Assembly: GCA_964016885.1 (NCBI GenBank)
Contig: CAXHJY010000109.1
Span: 186,001 to 250,000 of the forward strand
Source: Eledone cirrhosa
Lineage: Eukaryota
Direction: 5' to 3'
Length of the DNA stretch: 64,000 nucleotides
A program made the position numbers and the translations under genes. Below, piece by piece: positions 52,358-64,000 of this stretch (within the stretch, counting starts at the first letter, position 1; every line of letters begins with the position of its first letter). The notes beneath the pieces are model-generated. The model was not told the DNA's origin. It was given only the letters and a program-made list of their open reading frames with translations, and did no database searches.

Positions 52358-52930
52358 ACTACCACTGCTACTACTACTACCACTACTGCTACTACTACCA
52401 CTACTACTACTACTGCTACTACTACCACTACTACTACTACCACTACTGCTACTACCACTACTACTGCCACTACTGCTACTACTGCCACTGATACTACTAC
52501 CACTACTACTGCCACTACCACAACTACTGCTACTACTACCACTACTACTGCCACTGATACTACTACCACTACTACTGCCACTGATACTACTACCACTACT
52601 ACTGCCACTGATACTACTACCACTACTACTGCCACTGATACTACTACCACTACTACTACCACTACTACTACCACTAGTACTACTACTACCACTGATACTA
52701 CTACTACCACTACTTCTGCCACTGATACTACTACTACTACCACCACTACTGCTATTACTACCACTGATACTACTACTACCACTGATACTACTACTACTAC
52801 TACCACTGATACTGCCACTGATACTACTACCACTACTGCTACTACTGCCACGACTACTACTACTGTTGCTACTACTACCTCTACTGCAGCCACTGGTACT
52901 ACTACTGTTACTGCTACTACTACCACTACC
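52358..52930. repeat. (CTA/CCA/CTG)n trinucleotide tract
   Basis: Direct inspection. Confidence 0.92.
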
Positions 52931-53711
52931 TCTATCATCCTTCTGTCATATATGTCGTCTGCTCCTTTCAATTTTGATCACCCCCCCCCCCCCCGCCACT
53001 TTAATCTCTATATTTACCACCACTCTCTTTCCCCTTCCCCCTCTCTCCTAATCTATCTTTCTATCTATCTCTCCCCTTCTGTCTCTGCTAACCTATCTCT
53101 CCCTCTCCTTTAATCCATCTATCTTTCCCCTTCACTTTCTCTCTTAATCTATCTATCTTTCCCCTTCTGTCTCTGCTAACCTATCTCTCCCTGTCACCTA
53201 ATCCATCTATCTTTCCTTTGCTCTCTCTCTCTCTTAATCTATCTATCTCTCCCCTTCTGTCTCTGCTAACATATCTCTCCCTGTCACCTAACCCATCTAT
53301 CTTTCCCCCTCTCTCTCTCTCTCTTAATCTTTCTATCTTTCTCCTTCTCTCTTAATCTATCTATCTTTCCCCTTCTCCTCTCTTAATCTATCTATCTCTC
53401 CCCTTCAGTCTCTCCTAATCTATCTGTTTCCCCCTCTTTCTATATATTACTCTCCCCCTCCCTATTCTACCGTATATCAATTATTTCCTTTCATTTATCT
53501 TTTTTCCTTCTTCCAATGTTGTTTCTTGTCAATTACTTTTACTTTTTCCTTCTTTCCTCTCTCGTCCTCACTTCTTTCCTCTTCTCACTTTCTCTCTCTC
53601 TCACTCTTACTCACTGATTCTCCCCCCCCCCAACCCTCCAACTCCCCCCTCTCAATATATTGGTAAAGACGTGACATGTTAGTTTACTGTAATATAAAAA
53701 TAGTATATGTA

Positions 53712-54105
53712 ATGGTTTCTGATTTAGACACAGGGTCAACAGTTTTTGGGGAGGGGAAAGTCGATAAATTCGAAACCAGTGTATTACTGGTACTATATTT
53801 TATCGACCCCGTAAGGATGAAAAGCAAAGGTAACCTCGGCGGGAATTGAACTCAGGACGTAACTTTGTCGCGAAGCAGGGTGTCCGGCGCTCTACCGATT
53901 TTGCCAATTTCACTACCATTGGTATTACTGGTACTACAGTTTATCGACTGGGTTCTGAATTAGGCACAAGGTCAACAGTTTTGGGGGCAGCAAAGTCGAT
54001 TAAATTGACCCCAGTACGTAAGGCGAAGCTAACCTCGGCCGGATTTAAATTCGGAACGTAAAGGAACGGAGCTCTATGACGCTCTACCGATCTACCAATC
54101 CACTG
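53712..54105 (-). mobile_element. Two tandem SINE family B copies
   Basis: Copies at about 53712-53916 and 53950-54105. Confidence 0.8.
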
Positions 54106-55007
54106 CCGCGACAGACCTTCTCCGTCTCCCTCAGTACTATCACCTCTCACTACCACCACCTCACGCTGCCCTACTCCTTCTCTGCCATCACCTCTCACCA
54201 CCACTCCTCACAGCCACCTCTACCATCACCTCTCACCACCACTCTTCACAGCCTGCTCCTTCACTACCACTCCTTCCCCTTCACTACCATCATCTCTCAC
54301 CGCCACTCCTTCACTACCACCACCACAAATCCCGACATGTACGCCATCTTCTACCCAATTCAATCTCCTATTTTTATATATTTTCTCGTTAATTCTTCCT
54401 TATTTTTTTCTCTTTTCTTCTTGTTTTTGTTTAACTTATTTATTCTTGTCATGTCTTCTAATTTTCTAAGGAAAAAGAATTTCCTGTTTTCCACGCTGGC
54501 CTTTAACCCCTTCTCTCTCTCTCTCTAATCCGGTTTCTGCTTATTATAGTTCCTTCTTTCTCTCTCTCCACCATTCTACATCCCCTCACTATGTCGTTTT
54601 TAGGGTCTTTCTTTATTTTTTTACTCATTTAAATCGGTTTAGCAGATGGAATAAAAACCTGCAATCTGCCAACGTTTGTCTGTCTTTGTGTGTATATGTG
54701 TATATGTATATTTGTGTGTTTATGTGTATGTGTCTGGGTGTGAGTGTTTATGTCTGTGTATGTATATATATATACACGTGTGTGTTTATGTGTTATTCAA
54801 TTCCAGTAATAATGGTTTCGTTGATTAGTCCGTACAGCCGTCATTATTGTAAGGACCTTCAGCAAGTTTAAATCAAATCTGCCGACAGACACCAATACAA
54901 CATACAACCAAACACAATGACACATCCACCATGTCGCCATCTTCGTCGTCTGCTGCTTTACATTAATCTAGGCGGAGTCCACTTTACCTTTTAATTAATA
55001 TCACACC

Positions 55008-55055
<48 letters not shown>

Positions 55056-55262
55056 ACCTCTAGCGTTCTACCTCTCTCTATCTCCGCCTCTCTCTTTCTA
55101 CCTCTTTTTATCCCTATATTTCTATCTCTTTATCTCTGTCGTTCTACCCCTCTATGCTTCCACCTCTCTTTATCGTTATCTCTCTTTATCCCTATCTCTT
55201 TCTACCTCTCTTTATCTCTCTCTCTCTCTTTCTACCTCTAAATTTGTAAAGTACAAACATTA

Positions 55263-55448
55263 TGGTGGATTGGCAGTATCGGTAGAGGGTCGGACGCCAT
55301 ACTTTCCAGCATAGTTACGTCCCTTTGCGGTCTGAGTTCAAATCCCGCCGAGGTTAACTTTGCCTTTCATCCTTACGGGGTCGATAAAATAAAGTACCAG
55401 TAATGTACTAGGTAATTGATGCCCTTGTGCCAAAAGTAGAAACAATTA
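55263..55448 (+). mobile_element. SINE family B
   Basis: Family motifs. Confidence 0.9.
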
Positions 55449-55500
55449 TATATATATATATTTGTGTCGTTTGCATTATTATTTATGATTGTATGATTGT

Positions 55501-55539
<39 letters not shown>

Positions 55540-55835
55540 TAAGGAAACAACATACAGAGGTACAAAATGTATTATTAGTTTCACGCTTTATATGGAAAAG
55601 GGGAAAGAAATTTCGACGTGTCGGGATTTAGCCCTTCTTCGAGCAGAGCTGATCATCAGATCAGACCAAGGAAACAGTTTCCATTGGACTTTCTATTACT
55701 GATACCTCTTGGCGGAAGAAAGGGGCTGATCATCAGATCAGACTAAGGAAACAATGTTTCCATTGGTCTTTCCATTACTGATACTACAAGTCACAAGCCC
55801 TGGCAGAAGGAGCAATGGGAAATAAGAATGCAGAG

Positions 55836-56207
55836 CAGTATTTCCCTAACTATTTACCATTGTGGAACCCTTCAAATATTTTCCATGTCTCAGGGAAGAC
55901 CTGCATAAAAATTATGTCATTATTATTATCCAAATGTTATCCGGTGGATTGGCAGTATCGGTAGATCGTCGGACATAGTTACGTCCCTTTACGATCTGAG
56001 TTCAAATCCGCCCGAGGTTAACTTTGCCTTTCATCCTTACGGGGTCGATAAAGTAAAGTACCAGTAATGCACTGGGTAATTTCTGGCCTTGTGCCAAAAG
56101 TAGAAACAATTATTATTATCCAAATGTTTATCATTGTTTCTCTCGGAAGTCCTAGCGACATCTGGCGGAATGCTAGGGTTCCGACGAACGCCATTGGAGA
56201 TTCGCTG
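55836..56207. mobile_element. Decayed hAT-like non-autonomous element interrupted by a SINE B (55943-56110)
   Basis: CAGTATTTCCC...GGAACCC start and GCGGAATGCTAGGGTTCCG...TTGGAGATTCGCTG end; SINE flanked by TSD TTATTATTATCCAAATGTT. Confidence 0.6.
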
Positions 56208-56645
56208 TTATAGATGTAAGAACGACCCAGTATGGGACTGGTACCTTATAAAGCAGTGCCAAGAACAATGTTTACATATTTAAAGTGAGGGCTAAGTGTC
56301 CGAATAAATATGCCAGAAATGTGTTTGTCTATATATATGTATGATATATATATGTATGATATATATATATATATGTATATATATATGTGTGTGTATATAC
56401 ACACAATCATTTTTTACTCTTTTACTGGTTTCTGTAATTGGGCTGCAGCCATGATGGATCACCGATTTACATATCTGGCACTTGTGTTAAAAAGGGCGAC
56501 AAATTTAGAGGACATAAACAGACTGCACCGGTTGTTAAACGGTGCAGACTCATACAAAAATATGGAGGCTTTCTGGGGTTTCCGTTTAACCAAATATCAC
56601 TCACATGTATGTTGATCTGTATACGTGTGTGTGTGTGTTGATCTG

Positions 56646-56678
<33 letters not shown>

Positions 56679-56833
56679 ATATATGCTGAGGTTGTTGAGC
56701 TGTATGTGTGTATGTATGTATGTGAGAGTTTAATTAGGACGGTCAGACGTTGTTCTGTAATAATTCTTAACAGCTTCAAGCAATGAATAAATGAGACTAA
56801 TTTTATGGAAAGAGAGAGAGACCACACATTTCA

Positions 56834-56868
<35 letters not shown>

Positions 56869-57289
56869 CTTTAATGAGACTTCGTGTTTCTATCAATGTA
56901 GTACACACAAACACGTACTCACATACACACCTGCAGACATTCCCTCACACCTGCAATATATTGATAGTTCTACCGTACCCTGTCCACCAGTAGATTACCG
57001 TTAACTAACACGAATAACTGCCAATAGTTGTGAAGGTCAAATTCGTTAAAAACACGGAAAAATTAAATATAAAGAAAACTTCGAGGGTTCCAAACTCTGG
57101 ATCTGTCTTCCATCTCCGTTTCCTGTGGGGGTGGTTTTTAATGCACAAGGCCAGCAATTTTAGGGAAAGGGAAAGTCGATTGCATTACTGGTACTTTATT
57201 TTATCGACCCCATAAGGATGAAAGGTTAAAAAAAAAAAATAATAATTTATGAAAAAAATTAAATGTGAAGAAAACTCCGAACCCACAAA

Positions 57290-57331
<42 letters not shown>

Positions 57332-57512
57332 ATATCTATATATATGTGTGTATGTGTGTGAGAGAGAGAGTGTGTGTCATTTCCGGCAGGTTTGGGGGGT
57401 CAGATTTGATGAAAACACAAAAAAAGACGAAGGAATAAAAAATAATTCGCATCAAATACAGAAAAGTTATAAAATTTACAGATTCGAAGGTAAATTTAGG
57501 AAGATAATTACG

Positions 57513-59400
<1,888 letters not shown>

Positions 59401-59559
59401 ACACTCCCTCACATTCACGCACTCGGACGCACATTCGTACACACATAGGAGTATCAGATGGTAGCCTGGCGTCTCCAACAAAGAACAGGCAGGGGGGTCA
59501 GCCCTCGGCCTCCTACCATTTCATCCTACCAGAGCCTCACTCTCGCTCGATGCAGCAAC

Positions 59560-59776
59560 AGCGTGCTGGATGAGACCCGACGGCTGGACTCGCACTAGAT
59601 TATGGCTGGACCTGATTAAGGAAGATCTCCAGAAGCTCCCCTCGGAGGATACAGAAGAGCTAGCAGCGGACCGCCAGCGATGGAGTGCACTGCTGGACCG
59701 AGTCGGCTCTTTACACGATGGCCCCCTCTGGATCTACAGACATAGGATGACCCCAATCACATCGAGCAATAGATGA
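59560..59776 (+). pseudogene. RTE-type LINE C-terminal fragment
   Basis: RPDGWTRTRLWLDLIKEDLQKL...ELAADRQRWSALL matches the RPxGxPRxRWxDxIxxDL...AxDRxxW pattern. Confidence 0.65.
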
Positions 59777-59912
59777 GGTTGTTTACAGAACAACCGATTC
59801 TTTTATGTCATAATCGATAGCTTTGGGGTTGTTCTAGATGGATTTACGTTCAGATTCAGGTATTTCCTGGTCACATATATACATTCGTATAAATACATAT
59901 ATGTATATATAC

Positions 59913-60262
59913 AATATTAAATAAATGGAAAACTATATTTATAAAACCATATTTATTTCATTATATATATTTCGGGGATATCATATTAACAATATGCTAT
60001 GCCTTCATCAGACAAAATACAATATAAACAGTTTTATAGATAAATATATTCGACATACCGTAATAAACATCAACTTCATTTGAAGAGGTTTACTCTAGCA
60101 GTCTATGTTTATTACGGTATGTCGAATATATTTATCTATAAAACTGTTTATATTGTATTTTGTCTGATGAAGGCATAGCATATTGTTAATATGATATCCC
60201 CGAAATATATATAATGAAATAAATATGGTTTTATAAATATAGTTTTCCATTTATTTAATATT
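59913..60262. mobile_element. Perfect 158-bp-arm inverted repeat with two opposed hammerheads (59954-60019 minus, 60156-60221 plus), family D
   Basis: Arms 59913-60070 and 60105-60262 with a 34-bp spacer; TATTTTGT-CTGATGA-AGGCATAGCATATT(GTT)AATATGATATCCCC-GAAA-TATATA-TA-ATGAAATA. Confidence 0.9.
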
Positions 60263-60484
60263 TAATATTGTAAATATACTCCAAATATTTGTCGAGTGCT
60301 TTTATATCAGTTATAAATATTTACTAGTTGTAACCCAACAATTTTAAATATAACCTTACATATATGTATATATAAATATATATGTATATATACTTCAATA
60401 GCATTTTAATAAATATTGCCTGTACAGGTAATCAAAGTGTGTGTACATTTTTGGGACACCCGGTATGTGTGTCTGTATATATAT

Positions 60485-60530
<46 letters not shown>

Positions 60531-61063
60531 ACACATACATACATACATACATGGAGAAAGCGGTAAAATTAAGCCGATAGAAATGAGCTCCTGTTCCGTT
60601 AAGACGTCTATCATTTTTACCTTCGATCTAACCAAATCAGCTTCGATGATCTGACTAACTGTATTACTCATTCACTCCTCATACTTCTCACTCCCCTCCC
60701 CTCACCCCCTCACACATACACACTTTTTTATGTGTGCTCGCACGCTTATTTGTGTGTGTGTGCTTGTCCATTATTTTACCAATAAGCACTACATGTTATT
60801 AATACCACCACCATCACTACAGTTGTCTCCTGTCTCCCTCTCCTTTTATCGATCTACCTGGCCACTAATTACACACACATATATGTGAATATATACATGT
60901 ATATATATATATATGTGTATATATTTGTATACACACACACGCTGTCTATTGTCAGTATTCGATTTCACTAAGAGCTTTTAATATCAATCATGTCTTTTTA
61001 CTATTTCGTATCGTGCGAATACACTTGGTTGTTCATTTTACTTTGAATCGTACACACACACGC

Positions 61064-61107
<44 letters not shown>

Positions 61108-61291
61108 TATATATACTGTAGTATAAGTTTAGTAGAAATAAGAGCACTCAGTCCATAGGACGAGTTAAGTATAATTAGTTACAACAGTGACATATACAGG
61201 TTAGTTAAGTTTCGTTGGGTTATACACTCCGCCTGTAATAAGATTAAAAATAGCCACCGGCCATGGGGTTTTTAGAAAGTGTATATATATA

Positions 61292-61536
61292 TAGGAAAAT
61301 GTTTAATCCCGACGGCAGAGCTCAAGCCATTTCGACGGCTATTTCAGTCCAGAAATAGCCGTCGAAGCGGCTTGAGCTCTGCCTTTGGGGTTAAACATTT
61401 TCCTATTACCTACTCTACTTTATATATATAACGAAAGAGGTGTGGTAAGGAACCAGATGGACCATAACGCATCAGAGTACTCAATACTTAGGGTAGTAGA
61501 GTGTGTAATAGGAAAATGTTTAACCCCGACGGCAGA
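61292..61536. mobile_element. Two adjacent family C (subfamily variant) inserts, the first folded back
   Basis: 61292-61419 and 61430-61536; variant GGAAAATGTTTAA is present in all arms. Confidence 0.8.
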
Positions 61537-61543
61537 TTCTCGC

Positions 61544-61590
<47 letters not shown>

Positions 61591-62754
61591 TCAGCGAGAA
61601 TCGTATTTCAACGGGTAGAAATAAGCGAAACGCAATTTCCGAATCATGCTGACAAGCGCTCCGTGGACCAAAAGAGACCAGAGCAATAAACGTAGTTTAT
61701 GAATGAGTAGCAAAGCACTCAATAAGGGTAGGTAGGGATTACATTTAGATAGCTTGACAAATTGAAAATTGCGGCAGGCAAAACCCAGCCATACAATACC
61801 AAAACAAAGAAAAAACTAATCAGGTTAGATATATATAAGCCGAAACTAGTGTCACCGCGGTCGGGGTTTTATATCTCCCCCACCCACCCCTCTCTCTCTC
61901 TCTCTCTCCATTATGATATCCTTCGAATGAAACAGTTCTAGTCCTATATATAGATAGATAAATAGAAACAATTATCTTTTAAATCATATTTAATTCCTTA
62001 AGGAATATGATTTAAAAGCTAATTTTGATTATATTTGGTCTGTGTTTGTCTACTGTCTCCCTTATAAAGGTCTTTTTCACCAAACCAATATAATATACAC
62101 GTTTATGACCAAATTGTCAATTTACACGTGTTGTAAATATTGTGGTACACACGAGGGGCAGGTAACTCTTGTGAGCAATTGAAAGAAATCTTTTGTTTTT
62201 CACAATCCTTCTCCTTTCTCTCTTTTCATCTCTCTATCTTCCTCTCACTCCCGCTCTCTATCTTCCTCTCACTCCCGCTAATTCTCTCTTATTGTATTAC
62301 TCTCTCTACTGTTCTCTGATACCACCTCACTCTCTCTAATGCTCTCTGATAGCCTCTCACTCTCTCTAATGCTCTCTGATAGCCTCTCACTCTCTCTAAT
62401 GCTCTCTGATACCCCTCACTCTCTCTAATGCTCTTTATTACTTCCGACTATTTCTTTGTAAACAAAGGTAGCGAAATGTTTAGAGTTGAGTCAACTAGAG
62501 AGAGGGGTGTCTTTTATAAGGTCGCTGAAGGTGCTAGAAAGAACAGCTAAATTAGTCAACTAGAGAGAAAGGAGGGGGTTTATAAGGTCACCGAATGTGC
62601 GAAAAAGAGCAGCTAAATCTGTTGGATTACTACTACCGTCTTCAAATAGAAAGTACCCGTTGTAGAAATGAAAGAAATATTAAATAATAGTTTCTGATTT
62701 AGGTACGAGGTCAGCAATTTTGGTTTGGTGCTAGAAAAGTCTGACGTTTGGTCG

Positions 62755-62850
62755 TTTAACTTTGCCTTTCATCCTTACGGGGTCGATAAAATAAAGTACC
62801 AGTAATACACTGGCATAATTGCTGGCCTTGTGCCAAAAGTAGAAACAGTT
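62755..62850 (+). mobile_element. 3' half of SINE family B
   Basis: TTAACTTTGCCTTTCATCCTTACGGGGTCGATAAAATAAAGTACCAG. Confidence 0.85.
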
Positions 62851-63369
62851 ATATATATATATATATGACACATATATACATAAAGACCCCCACACACACA
62901 CACTTATTAAATTTTGCTAATCTATCTCCAATGAAGTTTTATTTTAAGTGGTAGCATTACTGCGGCAATTCATTTTCTTTAGACATTAAAATCATTCTAC
63001 ATTATAAAATAAACACACACACACACACACACACACAAACACTCTCTCTTACTTTCTACGTCGACAATAATGGATTGGTTTCGGTCAGTCACCGTGTGTC
63101 CCATTCCAACTTTTCAATATACTTTCTAAATCTCTTTCATACACGTACACACACATACATTTATATATACACATACACACACCTACATATTTTGAGGTAC
63201 ATACACTTGCCTTCCTTCTTTTCGGCATTCTCTCTCTTTAACACGCCTCATGTGTTTTGTTTGTTTCATTTATTAACCATGTATGTGTGTGTGTGTGTAT
63301 ATATATAATGATTTATATATACAATGATTTATATGTATGTATGTATGTGTATATTTATTTATATGTTTG

Positions 63370-63424
<55 letters not shown>

Positions 63425-64000
63425 GGTCGACGGTGTGTTTGGTGTGCTTACAATGCTTTATATGTATGTATGTATGTGTATATTTATTTATATGTATGTA
63501 ATAAATATATATATATATATATACACACACACAGGTCGCCGATGTGTTTGGTGTGCTTACAATGACTTGATGGCAAGTAAATTAACAGGAAATGAGTGTA
63601 AAGGGCTTATATAGTGAGGGAGGGGGGGTATGGAAGACATAAAGGTAGTAGTGAGGGGGGGGAAAGGTGGCTAGTAGTAGTGGTGGTAGTAGTGGTATAG
63701 GGAACAGGAGACGGTAAGGGGGTTTCAAAGTTGCTTCCTTGTTTGTTATCACTACCAACCCACAACAACCATCGCCATCACAACCAGCGATACCAATCAT
63801 TACAACTAGTACCACCCCCCACCAACCCATCACCACCACCACCACCACCATTGCTATCACCTCCTCTCCATCAAATGTTATTTTCTAACAAGACTTAGTT
63901 TAAAGATGGGGTCATAAGGAATACATTTAATTACTTTTATTTCCCTCTCTCTCTCGTGTGTGTGTATATATATACACGTGTGTGTGTGTGTGTATATATA

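Noticed and set aside
46014-53051. Poly-His/Thr/Pro/Leu ORFs (46014-46521, 47876-48214, 52347-53051) and all YI/CV/SL/HT-repeat ORFs
   Set aside because: Translations of di- and trinucleotide microsatellites.
55608-55645. Minus-strand TCGAAGA-AGGG..CCC-GACA-CG-TC, and similar decayed strings at about 20470-20520, 21600-21650 and 61815-61865
   Set aside because: Core positions are mutated and stem I is missing or weak; possibly dead hammerheads, but not supportable by eye.

Overview
Eukaryotic, AT-rich and almost entirely repetitive DNA with one 200-N scaffold gap (7083-7282). The SINE inventory suggests an octopod cephalopod (inference). I found no convincing host protein-coding exon, and nearly all long ORFs in the supplied track are read-throughs of micro- or minisatellites. 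Real coding remnants are two Penelope-like retroelements (PLEs) on the minus strand, several RTE-type LINE scraps and a Helitron helicase 3' end. One PLE is Naiad-type and open for about 550 codons to the window edge; the other is a 5'-truncated RT-thumb plus GIY-YIG element. There are also about 20 Nin/Deu-type SINEs, about 5 near-complete CORE/Meta-type SINEs, several MITEs and more than 15 minisatellites. The most notable signal is a dense set of short inserts sitting in (TA)n microsatellites. They carry type I hammerhead ribozymes (about 10 complete or near-complete cores from several sequence families, plus about 8 half-cores). Most are arranged as fold-back palindromes with both ends pointing outward into the TA tract, and several unrelated families share a GAGT(G/A)CT motif roughly 35-65 nt before the 3' junction. 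Separately, at least five long minisatellites are tandem expansions of SINE or MITE segments; for four of them the parent element is clearly present in the window.
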